Part shown: positions 1-11,716 of the stretch, in pieces
Layout: each line of letters opens with the position of its first letter
Position numbering within the stretch: the stretch's first letter is position 1
Origin: Tubiluchus corallicola
Taxonomy: Eukaryota; Animalia; Priapulida
Direction of reading: 5' to 3'
Assembly: GCA_030141605.1 (NCBI GenBank)
Contig: JAQGDQ010000025.1
Location: 1,036,907-1,100,906 of the forward strand
DNA length: 64,000 nt
The notes under the pieces: model-generated
Seen by the model: only the letters and a program-made list of their open reading frames with translations
The model's database searches: none
What the model was told of the DNA's origin: nothing
Program-made: the position numbers and the translations under genes

Positions 1-1564
1 CCAGCTGTTGGAAATATGAACCTCAGGTATACGAATAGCAAGGTTTGATTGAATGACTTGTAGCTTTCAAGCAGAAAATCTCTATAAAGCAATAAACGCA
101 GGCTATTTTTGTCTGAACGGAGATGAGTGCAGCACAAAGCAAGACAGAAAAACAGCAACACCGACAACGATAACAGCAGCGGCAGAAACAGCAGCTAAAA
201 CGACATCGGCGACAACGACAACGACAACGATGACGACTGTGATGGACCAGACTAGGTCCACCCCTTGGCTAAAGTGTGTTCTTGCACATCACAAGCAACC
301 ACCTATGTACATTATACTATGCAATTTGGTTCAGTGATAAATGTTTTGTTCGATTGAAGAGGCCTAACCTGCATTGTTTACTTTATTTTTTATTGCTGTT
401 GTTGTAATAATGTACTAGGCACCCATGAACTATATCTGTTTCAGTGTTGTGCAGGTCATTTTGAAAGTGTGTTAGCTTCGGCCTTGTGTATTTTATTACA
501 GGGGTGTTTTGCTTTCTCATTCAGCCTATATAGTGTTACAGTTACCTGTCTAAAGTGTAAAACTACCTAGAATGTAGTGAACTGTTCCAGTAACAGGAAA
601 ATGTGCTTTTGATAGAGAGAAGTGTGTAGGGGGGGGGGGGTCTGAAAAATGATGGCAGTTAAAATGTTGGGTTTAGAATTTTGAGGACAAACCTAAGATT
701 TATCTGTTGAAATTGGCTGAACTGTTGTTTTATTGTGAAAAATCCTGGACAATTGTAAATGGTGTAATACTATCCTAATGGACAATGTGTTGTAATGCAA
801 TTGAGTGGAGAAAAGACCAACTTTGAGCCTTCTACACAGTATAAGCAATCCAGCACTTGTTGTCATTGTGTGGACGGACTGGCACCTAGTACTGTCGAGC
901 ATGGTATGCGAAGTTTCGGAGATGGTATCCCTTCCATGGAGTACCCTCGTGACTGCCAATGGACTGACGTAGTGAGCGCTCGCCCGAGAGATAAGTAACA
1001 GTTTACTTTTGAGCTCAATTGTGAATACTCAACTTGGTGATATCTTGTGCACAAACTCTTATGGACAGTGAAAACTGCAGTTACTATTAGGTTACTGTTT
1101 AATACAAAGAACTCGTGCTGTAATTCTTGAAATGGCCATCTTTAACTATTGTAATGTATTTTTTCCTTTTTTTCTTGATTTACTCAGATTGTCTGTCAGT
1201 AGAATAAAAGCATTGAAATGTTAATTGATCTTTCAGTAAGCTTTGTATTCAGAAACAGGTACACATAAACCACAAGGAAAACTCCGCATTTCAAAAGCCT
1301 TAGTGTCAGTCTCGCAACGTTGCCAAAGTTAAGTGCGCTTCTTACTCGTATTGCATAAGTTACTAATTATTATCACACACGAGGAACGCCGTCATTACAA
1401 CGACGACGACGACGACAACAACAACTACAACAACAAGAACAAAAACGACACAAGAGCGAAAAGGTGTTCTAAACTGCAACTGTTTGAACTTTCTGTGCTG
1501 CAATGTTTGTAACAATTTCTTCAGCTCTGATTTTTGTAGTGTAGACTTCCTCTTAACACACAGT

Positions 1565-1624
1565 TCAAGACACAGCTTGTGGAAGCCATTGCCTCAAAAC
1601 CCAGTTGTATGGCTTCAAAAACGG
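1565..1624 (-). CDS. Tentative last coding exon of an unidentified minus-strand gene (PFLKPYNWVLRQWLPQAVS*)
   Basis: TATCAG acceptor; continues in phase 0 from the exon at 3599-3775; no recognisable homology. Confidence 0.3.
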   Translation of the reverse strand, partial: PFLKPYNWVLRQWLPQAVS

Positions 1625-1827
1625 CTGATAACAGCCCTTTATACTCTACTAATAATAAAGCTAACTTTTCGGTATTTGCTTCGGAAAAAATTGCGGAAAT
1701 TTCCAATACAAGTTGAATAATCGTTTGTAATGCAATTACGATTTCTATTGGGCTTTATACGCAGAATGTAGGCTACCCATTGAACTGCGATAATGTGTCT
1801 GCATCTTAATTTGTCATAGAAGGACAA

Positions 1828-2370
1828 TTAAAGGTAAACCAGACGATTGTGTAAACATTAGTTCAAAATAAAGTAGCTGTAAAATATTGAAAACGACAAT
1901 AGCTTTTTTTAAATCAAAGCTTAGATTAAATAATAATTACCTCAGATAGTTAACTTCTGCTAAACTTTCAAAGCTACACGCGGCTCAGCGAATTCAATAA
2001 GACTAGCCACGGTGCCTTTTTGTCACATTCGTGTGACCGACAAATAAGCGCAGTACCGTGATAAGCATGATCACGAACAGCAGTGTTCGTCTGTGACGTC
2101 AGTGTAACGTAGAGCTCAGTTTCGTGGCATCACATCAGTGTCCTATAGCAGTCTTCGTTTACGCGAACGCGCTCTACGCGCGGGTAAGATGCCAACCATT
2201 GCACAAACTGTGGTTAGTTTGTGACATAAGCGATAATTGAGTTCGGTTGCCGTTAACTAACTTTCCAAGGTAAATATTAGAAGCAACTGCTAATTTTTAT
2301 AGGCAAGAAAATGCATATTTTGGACAGTAAAATGAGATTGAGTCTAATCAATCGTCCGGTTTTTCTTTAA
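1828..2370. mobile_element. Non-autonomous TTAA-flanked DNA transposon (Kolobok-like MITE), family A copy 1
   Basis: Imperfect TIRs TTAAAGGTAAACCAGACGATTG / CAATCGTCCGGTTTTTCTTTAA; diverged second copy at 46868-47438. Confidence 0.75.
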
Positions 2371-3395
2371 TAAATAAGTTATGTGCAGCACTGAGGAACT
2401 TGAGTGTACAAAAGATCATCGTGGATCTCATAATAATGATAACAGGGGACTTAGTTTAGCCTAACAAGACAATAATAAATCTATATATTTGAAAGTTAAT
2501 AAGATTATTATTCTTACTGATCAGTTCGTCTGTGCATACTTGAAAGTGTTAATGATTAAACAAACGACAAAAGTGGCAACCAGCAGCCACACGGCTTCTT
2601 TTTTAAAGGCCTATATAACACCCAACATACATTGAAGTTTTATTAACGCATTATTATGAATGCACAAAGAAGTCGTAGTTATTATTAAACAAAAGATATT
2701 TATGAATTAAATAGCGTACCATTTTTTGGCGAATTTCGAACGCGTGCATTGTGGTAAGGATCGCCATGTTTCACGTTTTTGGCGTGAGTGAGCGAGAATG
2801 ATGTACGAGGTACAGAAAACTTCATTAGTTACCGATGTTTGTTTGCCGACTTTGGTGACCTCGTGACTGTACTCAGTACATTATTCCGCTGGCAAAATGA
2901 AAAGCGGCTGTTCTTCAAATTTAATACCGCTAACAACGAAGTGATAAAACATCAAAAGAAACAGGTTTCACAGTAAGTTACAATAAAATAAATTGAATAT
3001 TCGTAATGAGAGTAGGATTTTCAGTTGAAAAAAATTATATTATAGAGAGGGTTTTGCTTGACTTTAAATACCAGAAGTGACAATGTTGTTCAGTTTAAGT
3101 AACAGTTTCACATTTCAACTTGCTGCATTCTGCAAACTTTCTGTTTTATACTCAGCCGCTTTGCTAACATGACGCCAAGAAAGATTTGACATCACATTAT
3201 TAAATGATCGGAGGCATTAAAATTTAGACCGACTTGTAATTTTGCAAACTGTAAGAGAAACCTGTAGACGTCGATTTTGTAATTCTACGGCTAAAGTAGA
3301 ACTTACGACAGTTTCTTTAGGACACAAATTCAAATCGAATTTTGGAAGCAGGAAGAGACAAAATTAATTATGTCGTTTGTATACTTACTGCCTGC

Positions 3396-3501
<106 letters not shown>

Positions 3502-3598
3502 TTATCACGTTCACTGCCTTGCTTTCTCTTGAATATTGCTGATTGCAGATTTACCATCGTAAAATACAAGGAATAAAAATCAACTGATTTCTTACATA

Positions 3599-3775
3599 CC
3601 GGTGGTGGTAAAGCTTCATAAACTTTAACCCAATGCAAAGGTTTGAAGCCATCTACCAGCCCGTTAGTGTCAAAAGAGTATGGCGACGCAGTTGTAGTTT
3701 CATTTTCATGCAAAGGCGTGGTGAATGCGGCGTCCACAATTAGTGTAGCTGTGTGCTGTAAGACGTCCTTAAGAT
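3599..3775 (-). CDS. Tentative internal exon of an unidentified minus-strand gene (LKDVLQHTATLIVDAAF...GFKPLHWVKVYEALPPP)
   Basis: TCTTGCAG acceptor, CCG/GTATGT donor, single open frame with protein-like composition. Confidence 0.4.
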
Positions 3776-4300
3776 CTGCAAGATAAATACATTAACAATT
3801 GGGCATAACCAACACTCACTGATAAGCGCTTCTGTGTGCTTCAACTTTTGAGATCTTCTACAGATCTTAAAACGCCTACTATATCTTATATCGTGAAAGA
3901 AATAATGTGCATTAGACGTTCACCATTTTATTATGAGGAAAAAATATTGAATTGAAAAATCACTGCATTTTTTTATTTTTTAGTCATGAATTGAGCAAGT
4001 TTATTTTTATTGGCAGTGGCTATAACTCACCATGGAAGCTTCTAAATGTTTTCCGTCTACACTAATTTCAAGTAATTAAATCAAACTAAATATTTCATAA
4101 CAACTGTAACAAACTTACACAATCTTTCTATAAATAGAGGTGTTTGAGGAAACAAGAAAAAAAATGAAGGCTGATTTATTTTAGGAAGCATTTAATCTGA
4201 TGTGATTTAAAACATAAGAGGTTTAGCAGAATATGAAATATTTACGAAGTCTTCTGCTAGGTGTCTACTGAAGGCAGACGTAAAACAAAGCGTAATGCTA

Positions 4301-4541
4301 TCTATATCTATGTCTATGTCTGTGTCTGTGTCTGTGTCTGTGTCTGTGTCTGTGTCTGTGTCTGGGTCTGTGTCTGTGTCTGTGTCTGTGTCTGTGTCTA
4401 TGTCTATGTCTATGTCTATGTCTATGTCTATGTCTATGTCTATGTCTATGTCTATGCCTATGCCTATACCTATACTTATTCCTATACCTATATCTATATC
4501 TACATCTATATTTTTACCTATATCTATATCAATATCTATAT
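4301..4541. repeat. Compound hexanucleotide microsatellite (TCTGTG)n/(TCTATG)n/(YCTATA)n
   Basis: Directly visible. Confidence 0.9.
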
Positions 4542-4823
4542 CTAAATATCTGTAAATGATTACTGGATGCAGTGAATATGATGTTGTGACAATCATTATG
4601 CTAGGCCTAACCGAGAGTTGACTTGTTATGAAAATAATGTATCTATCATTGACAACAACAAAATCTAAGGCTAATGTAGTAAAAGAGAAGCCAGAAACAC
4701 AACACCCATTATCCTGTTCATTATCCCCAATCCAATACTAGAAAGAATGGTTAATATTCTGCAAGGTCTCAAAATAGCGTGTGTTAGGCAGAATCATTTT
4801 ACGATGTTACTTTATTGATAGCC

Positions 4824-4950
4824 NNNNNNNNNNNNNNNNNNNNNNNNNNNNNNNNNNNNNNNNNNNNNNNNNNNNNNNNNNNNNNNNNNNNNNNNNNNNN
4901 NNNNNNNNNNNNNNNNNNNNNNNNNNNNNNNNNNNNNNNNNNNNNNNNNN
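4824..4950. other. Assembly gap (127 N) hiding the outer end of the left LTR and its target site
   Basis: N run; the right LTR has 125 bp more before the sequence that matches position 4951. Confidence 0.95.
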
Positions 4951-6010
4951 AGAATCCTGGAGTCGGGCTAAGGCTTTGTTGTTTCATACGGGGGCACGCG
5001 GAACCCGAGCCTAGGAGTCTTAATGAGCTAGTAATATTCGATGGTAGATAGAATACCAAACCAACTATTAAGCTGTATATAACAAAATTTAATTGATTAC
5101 TACTTTAACCCGGAGAAAAGAAATAGTTAACAATAACAATTAATCACAGTACAGCAAATATATTCTCTAGTCTAATAATAGAGAAGGGAGGTGTTAGTGG
5201 GGGTAGCACGTGCAAATGATGACGCACTCTCGATGACGGCAATCCAACGATGACCATATAGAAACGGAATTATGCTAGCTAGCAAACGCTGAGCAAAAGT
5301 ACAAAAGTCTTGTCTTACCAGACACTCCATGAACATTGTGTGAAACTGCAGCTGCTAACCTGTGGGGTAACATCCATGGATTTACCAACTATGGTTTGCT
5401 CTACCAACAATGGACTGTCCACCATGAACTTTAGCGTGACTTCAGGTTTGAACGAATCCTCAGACAATGACGGTAACGGTAACCACCTCATCAAACCAAG
5501 ACAACGTACTCGACAAAGACCCGTTAGCACTGTAAGCAATGGCTGTTGACAAAAGAAATAGTGACGTCTACTGCACTATAACATCGACGATGCTAATCGA
5601 CATTTTTGACTGTCTTTTCACAGACATGTGAAAATCAGACGATGGTCATTTTACGTGACCTAGGCCTTTCAACAACGGCCGACTGACTGCCAGGTTGCAC
5701 GTCTCAGACTATATCTGTAACGTATGTATCATGTACACTTCATACCTGTACGGGTTTCACACATTTGAAATAAGCCGCGAGTATTGCAGGTATTGCAGAA
5801 CACAACCACATGACGAGGGGGGTGTTAGTAGGACTCCTACACTACTACACTAATTACGCTAACAATACAGTACTACTATAGTGACTAATTTAATGTAAGC
5901 AAATTACACTAGCAAGTGCTACCGCTATCACTATAAAGAACTTGACTGTGAAATGAAAAGGTGACAAACAAGTAAACAAAAATATCGTAAATAATAGATG
6001 GTTTGTCACA
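4951..6010 (-). repeat. 3' LTR of the gypsy element (outer end lost in the gap)
   Basis: Direct repeat of 11842-12900; I counted 4 substitutions and one 1-bp indel by eye. Confidence 0.95.
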
Positions 6011-6022
6011 GATCCCCCCACA
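6011..6022 (-). promoter_or_regulatory. Polypurine tract-like G run (TGTGGGGGGATC) abutting the 3' LTR
   Basis: Position immediately internal to the 3' LTR. Confidence 0.65.
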
Positions 6023-6422
6023 ACGGAAAAAGTGTGGACGAATGTTTAAAGAACAGAATCCCACTTTTAAAATTATTGAACAGTTAATTTTAACTACCAA
6101 CCATTACAGTGGTGAAAATTAGCAAGTAACGACTGTTACTAACTGAATACAAAGTTTTACTAAATAATACAGTCACACAAAAATGGCATATCAAAACTTA
6201 AATGGATCTTCAACACACTTGTAAAAGAACATTTTACACAAACTAAAGCACACTGGATATTTGATTTAAAATAATGAAAAGAATACAACATTTGAAGAAT
6301 ACTATCATTCACATTCAGAGATGTTGTCACACATGATTGCATAAAATAAAATGCTTTAAACAACAAGGTCATTTAGGAAGAAATCACATTCCTATCTTAT
6401 TTTCATCTAAGGCAACTTGAAC

Positions 6423-9400
6423 TTAGTGCCTACTCAGTGCGTCTGCACAATAATTTGTTTTTCCTTTGATATGCACTACAGTGAAAGTGTATTCTTGTAG
6501 CAGTAAATTCCATCTGGCTATTCGCCTATTGGCGTTTTTCATCTGCTTTAAGTAAGCTAATGATTGTGCATCTGTGCGAATCACAAACTGCCTACCTACA
6601 AGATAGTACGACGATTTCTCAATAGAGAAAATTATAGCCAAAAGTTCTTTTTCTACTGTTGAGTAGTTACATTCATATTTGGTTAGCTTCATACTCAAAT
6701 AAGTGATTGGAACCTCTTGTCTATCATCAGACATTTGTGTAAGTTGGCCGCCTATTCCTGTTGCACTAGCATCAGTTGTCAAGAAAAAAGTCTTATCAAA
6801 ATCTGGTGCATGTAACACTGTATTTGAGTTTAATGCATCTTTGAGTGTGGTAAAGCTCTGTTCACACTCTGCATTCCATAGTACAATGTTTGGTTTGTCT
6901 TTTTCTGTCAAAGTATGTAATGGTGTTGCTATTGCAGAGAAATTAGGAATAAAACGCCTATAGAAACCTACGAAACCCAAAAATGACCTGACCTGTTTTT
7001 TAGTTTCTGTTCTTTTATAGTTCTGAATAGCGAGGATTTTCTCTGGCTGAGGTTTCAAAAGATTTCCGCCAACAACATAGCCTAAGAAATGAGTTTCTTG
7101 GAGTGCGAAATTACACTTGAGTGGTTTGATTGTCAAACCTGCATTAGACAGACAAGTAAGAACTAGCTCGATATGATAGAGATGATCTTGCCAAGAACGA
7201 CTGAAAATGATAACATCGTCTATGTAACCAGAAGCAAAACCAATTACTGGTTCTAAAACACGATCTACCAGACATTGAGCTGTTGCTGCAGAATTACACA
7301 ACCCAAAGGGCATAACTTGAAACTCATGTTTACCAAACTCTGTTACAAATGCCGTGATTGGCCTCGAATTTTCCTCAAGATTAACCTGCCAGTAATATTT
7401 TGTCATGTCCAAGCAAGTAATGAACATTGCTCCATGCAATTGATCAACTGTTTCATCCATCCTGGGGATAGGATAAGGATCAAAAACTGTAATTGAATTA
7501 ATTTTCCTAAAATCAATACAAAATCGAATCGATTGATCACGTTTGATCACAATGACTGCAGGACTTGAAAAAGGACTATCTGACTTGACTATTACACCCA
7601 GCCTTTCCATGTCCATGATTTCTTGCCTCACACTTTCCTTTTGCGCCTGAGGAATTCTGTATGGCTTCTGCACAACAGGATTGTCAGTAGTTAACTGTAT
7701 TTTATGTTCTACGACGTTTGTCCTACCAGGAATGTCAGAAAAGGTTGGTGTAAACTTCTCCAGAGTAGTTCGTAATTCATTCTTCTGCTTATCTGTTAAG
7801 TAATCAGGGATTACTACATCTTGTGCAGGTGTAATAGAGGTAGGAGCAAAACAGTGGTCTTCCATTTGTGACCGTTGCATTGGTGACACACTTTCATGCT
7901 CAGGATCTAATTCCAATTCATCTTGACCAGTAAATACGTCAAGTGTGGGAATTGTTTGCGTATAAAGGGCTTTTCTTTCTTCACGCGGTATCCAAGCTTT
8001 GAGCAAATTAATATGGAATTGCTTGACCTGTCTGCTTTTACCTCCAATGATAACGGAGTACACATGTTCTGAGATTTTATCAGCAATCTCATACGGGCCT
8101 TTCCAGGTTCGTTCCATCTTTTTACGAGATGTAGGCAATAAGACTAATACCTTCTGTCCTACTTCAAGATTTCGGTACCTAGCTTTCTGGTCATACCAGT
8201 CTTTTTGTCCGATTTTAGCTTTTCTCAAAGCTTCGTGTGCCTCTTGAGTTACCGTTTCTAATTTATCAATGATATTGGCAACATAATCATCAATGTCTTG
8301 GGGACTAGTAGGTTGGTCACAACCCCAACGTTTCCGAAGAAGAGCCATTGGACCAGTTACTTGGTGTCCATAAACCAACTCAAATGGGCTGTACTGCAGG
8401 GATTCTTGTGGTACCTCACGGTAAGCAAACAAAACAAATGGGATCAGATCATCCCATTCCATGGTTTTGTCACTCAGGGTAAGCTTTTTAATGGATCTTT
8501 TTAGACTTCCATTGAATCGCTCACATAAGCCTTGAGATTGAGGATTATATGGAGTAGATGTAATCCCTTTGATGTGGAAAGCTTGTTCTAGTTGCCTTAT
8601 GAGATTAGAACAAAATTGGGTGCCTTGGTCTGACTGGATTGACTCTGGGCATCCATGTCTACTAATAAATTGGAGTAAGCACTTGGCTATAGTCTCTGAC
8701 TCAGTATTTTTGATAGGGAAAGCATCAGGGTATCTGGTACCTTGATCCACAATTACCAGTGCCCACTTATTGCCACTCTTGGTTCTAGCCAGTGGACCAA
8801 TAAGGTCAATTTGGAGGGACTGAAAAGCTTTTTCCACTACTGGAAGAGGTTTTAGCTTGGCTCTGTCTCCTTTCATGACTCTTGCTGTCTTTTGACATAT
8901 TGGGCAGGATTGTATATACTTTTTAATGGCAGTGTGTATTCCTGGCCAAGTATATTCGAACAATATCCTATCCCTTGTTTTCTTGACACCTAGATGCGCT
9001 CCAGCCTTTGAATCATGGGCTAGTTGTAGGACTTGCTGCCTTCTACACTGAGGAACAACAAGCAACTGATCAACTGTTTTCCCCATTTTTCGTTTATTAG
9101 CCCGATAAAGTATGCCTTGCTTTAGAAAATATCCTTTGCCATCTTGCACCGCAGTGTCTCCACTCACCACATGATCAAAAAGATTTTTTATGGTTACATC
9201 ATTTTGCTGTTCTTCTATCAGCTGGTGTCGAGACACTATGGCAAACATGTAGTTTTCCTCTGCTGATGCATACTGCTTAATTTCGGAAGAAAATTCAATT
9301 TCTGACTTTACACTACTGGTTTCTTTGTTTAGTTGCTTTTTAAGCTCAACTGTTTGCGCTCGTGTCATAACCAATGACTTTTCTTTTTGATTTCTTTGAA

Positions 9401-11243
9401 AACTGTTATTTAGTGCTCGACCTTTATAATCAGTCAAGGCATTACTACTTGGTTTCTGTACATCTTTGCCAAATTTAACAAAAGAAGGTACATGAGAAGT
9501 CTCATCCATACTACTAACATTCATATGATGTTTCTCAGGAGCAACTTGTGCAGGTTGAGAAGTACTCTTTACATAATCAAATGGTTGTATGGATGTCAGG
9601 TAATTATTACCTAAACAAAAGTCGCAAGGGAGTCCTTTAATAACTGCTACCAGGAGCCAACCATTCAGTTTGTGACTACAAACAGGGACCCTAGCTAGAG
9701 GAATTCGACGAAGGTCGCCATGACAACAGCGGATTCCAACAGTTTCTCCAAGATACTGTTCATTTTTTACAAATTCAGGACGTATAAGGCTATCGTCTGA
9801 GCCAGTATCCCGTAAGCCTACTGCTATTCGACTGTTGATCATAACCTCAAACTCGTGATTTTCTTGTAATGCTCCATCTTGAGTATTTGAAAGTGTGAAA
9901 TTTGGAGTAATGGTTCCCTCACTTTCGTTTTCACTATAGCATTGTTTCTTAAAATCACCTCTAGGTTTTTGCTTCTTGTTTGAGTCATTTTGAAAAGCTT
10001 GTGTGGACTCTTGCTTTTTCACTGGGCAGTCGAGCTTCACATGCCCTGTTTTCCCACAATGGTAACATTTAGGGCGAGCATTGCCCTGTGATTCATGATC
10101 CGAATCATTGTTTTTAGCATTGCCACGTGTCCTTTTAGATGATTCATTTTTCTGCAAAACTGCTGCATCATTAAATGAGCTCCAATAGTTGTCTGCTTGC
10201 TCCGCTATTTGTAAGTATGACATGTGAGGTAGCCTACGAAGATAAGAAACCATGTCTTCTGGGAGCTTAGACAATGCTTGTTCAAGAAAGAAGAGATCTC
10301 CAATTTGCTCTTTGGATTCTGCATTCGCTGCTTTAAGCCATTGCATGCCCGCTTTACGCACTCTGTTAAAGTAACTTCTGTGCGTTTCCTTTTTCAGTTT
10401 ACATATGTTTCTGAATGCCGTGCGATATGCATCCTTCGACAATTTGTATGCATTCAAAATTTGCACCTTAACAACATCATAATTGAATATTTGAGACTGA
10501 TTAACATCTTGCAAAGCTAAGGCAGCACGACCCGACAGAACTCTAGCCAAGTTAGGAACATACTGCGAAATTGGGACTTTGTTGACTCGCATACAGATTT
10601 CGAATTGATCTAAAAACGACAAAATATCTTCTGTTTTTTCATCAAAATTTCTGAATTTGATTATTGTGCTTTTGTCTTGTGTAGCATTTACTGTTGTTTG
10701 CAAATTGTTTACTACATTAGACGTCGTCTGCATTTGTAACTTCAGTTTTTCCAGCTCAATTTTTTGTGTTTCTAAAATCAGCTGTTGGTGTTTAATTTTT
10801 AGTTCCTGTTCTGATAATTTAATATCAGGCTGCGCATGCGCATACATAGGCATTTGACCAGGTTCTTGAACTGCAAATGGATCCAATTCAGGCAAAGTAG
10901 GGGGTGCAGTTGATACAGTAGGTGAGCTAAAAGCCTTAAATTCTTTATTTGGGGCCGCTTTAGGAGTAGAACTTGCAACATCAGCCCTATCAAATTCTAT
11001 TTGACCTGCAACACCTGTCGCTGCATTTGCTGGCTTTGCTGAATTTAATAATGATTGCATATTTGACAGAGCAAAATCAAGTGGATCTGAAATTGAAATC
11101 TGTTGTGTTTCAAGAATTAATTGCACAATGTTTTCTTTTCTGGCTTTTGGGTCTATAACCAAACCCATGTCACCTGCTATGTCAAATAATTCACCTTTGA
11201 TCATTTTACGCAACTCTTCAGCTGTAAAAAGTTTACTAGCCAT
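6423..11243 (-). CDS. Gag-Pol polyprotein, 1606 aa: SCAN-like capsid, CCHC knuckle, aspartic protease, integrase, RT, RNase H
   Basis: CYHCGKTGHVKLDC; LRDTGS; HHCC (HDSKAGAH...CPIC); DDE core (IDLIGP, SDQG, GLCERFN); GPY; YIDD; TDAS...EKELLA...ADALSR. Confidence 0.95.
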   Translation of the reverse strand: MASKLFTAEELRKMIKGELFDIAGDMGLVIDPKARKENIVQLILETQQISISDPLDFALSNMQSLLNSAKPANAATGVAGQIEFDRADVASSTPKAAPNKEFKAFSSPTVSTAPPTLPELDPFAVQEPGQMPMYAHAQPDIKLSEQELKIKHQQLILETQKIELEKLKLQMQTTSNVVNNLQTTVNATQDKSTIIKFRNFDEKTEDILSFLDQFEICMRVNKVPISQYVPNLARVLSGRAALALQDVNQSQIFNYDVVKVQILNAYKLSKDAYRTAFRNICKLKKETHRSYFNRVRKAGMQWLKAANAESKEQIGDLFFLEQALSKLPEDMVSYLRRLPHMSYLQIAEQADNYWSSFNDAAVLQKNESSKRTRGNAKNNDSDHESQGNARPKCYHCGKTGHVKLDCPVKKQESTQAFQNDSNKKQKPRGDFKKQCYSENESEGTITPNFTLSNTQDGALQENHEFEVMINSRIAVGLRDTGSDDSLIRPEFVKNEQYLGETVGIRCCHGDLRRIPLARVPVCSHKLNGWLLVAVIKGLPCDFCLGNNYLTSIQPFDYVKSTSQPAQVAPEKHHMNVSSMDETSHVPSFVKFGKDVQKPSSNALTDYKGRALNNSFQRNQKEKSLVMTRAQTVELKKQLNKETSSVKSEIEFSSEIKQYASAEENYMFAIVSRHQLIEEQQNDVTIKNLFDHVVSGDTAVQDGKGYFLKQGILYRANKRKMGKTVDQLLVVPQCRRQQVLQLAHDSKAGAHLGVKKTRDRILFEYTWPGIHTAIKKYIQSCPICQKTARVMKGDRAKLKPLPVVEKAFQSLQIDLIGPLARTKSGNKWALVIVDQGTRYPDAFPIKNTESETIAKCLLQFISRHGCPESIQSDQGTQFCSNLIRQLEQAFHIKGITSTPYNPQSQGLCERFNGSLKRSIKKLTLSDKTMEWDDLIPFVLFAYREVPQESLQYSPFELVYGHQVTGPMALLRKRWGCDQPTSPQDIDDYVANIIDKLETVTQEAHEALRKAKIGQKDWYDQKARYRNLEVGQKVLVLLPTSRKKMERTWKGPYEIADKISEHVYSVIIGGKSRQVKQFHINLLKAWIPREERKALYTQTIPTLDVFTGQDELELDPEHESVSPMQRSQMEDHCFAPTSITPAQDVVIPDYLTDKQKNELRTTLEKFTPTFSDIPGRTNVVEHKIQLTTDNPVVQKPYRIPQAQKESVRQEIMDMERLGVIVKSDSPFSSPAVIVIKRDQSIRFCIDFRKINSITVFDPYPIPRMDETVDQLHGAMFITCLDMTKYYWQVNLEENSRPITAFVTEFGKHEFQVMPFGLCNSAATAQCLVDRVLEPVIGFASGYIDDVIIFSRSWQDHLYHIELVLTCLSNAGLTIKPLKCNFALQETHFLGYVVGGNLLKPQPEKILAIQNYKRTETKKQVRSFLGFVGFYRRFIPNFSAIATPLHTLTEKDKPNIVLWNAECEQSFTTLKDALNSNTVLHAPDFDKTFFLTTDASATGIGGQLTQMSDDRQEVPITYLSMKLTKYECNYSTVEKELLAIIFSIEKSSYYLVGRQFVIRTDAQSLAYLKQMKNANRRIARWNLLLQEYTFTVVHIKGKTNYCADALSRH

Positions 11244-11704
11244 GCTGACGTAAATATTGCGTGATCAAAGGACCAAATATTCAAAGAAATGACTTCAAAG
11301 TTGTCAAAGTTATGTGCAAAAACTAACAGCACTGTTCAGTTAACAACTAGACCAGTAAAAATGGGCATTAATGCTTATAAAGAGCAAATCAAAACTTCAA
11401 TAAGTCAAGAAGTGAACACACGCCACCAGGTAAATGTTACAACCATGCAAAGTGAATATCAACAATTTCTGTACAACATTATAATCACTATACTACAGGC
11501 TGATTTACTAATCTTTTCTGGGTCAAATTATTAATGCCAGCCAGTGAATAAAATTAATGCCAACGTGAAAAATACCAAGTTCATGTTTGCATCGGAATAT
11601 AATTTCCGCAATAGGTTCAAGAAAACTACTTGTTCAAAATGCCTCTCCCTAATTTAAAGGCTTATACAAGGCACAGAGTAAAAAGCAGTTATATAAGACC
11701 ATAA

Positions 11705-11714
11705 GCTGCCACCA
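11705..11714 (-). promoter_or_regulatory. Primer binding site TGGTGGCAGC, complementary to a tRNA-Leu 3' end
   Basis: 2 nt from the 5' LTR; matches the ...GCUGCCACCA end of eukaryotic tRNA-Leu(AAG/TAG) over 10 nt. Confidence 0.75.
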
Positions 11715-11716
11715 CT

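Noticed and set aside
53-337. Thr-rich 94-aa ORF
   Set aside because: Driven by (ACA/ACG)n low-complexity sequence; no convincing splice or domain support
5310-5549. 79-aa ORF duplicated at 12201-12440
   Set aside because: Lies inside the LTRs, which explains the duplication; no recognisable domain; TTG start
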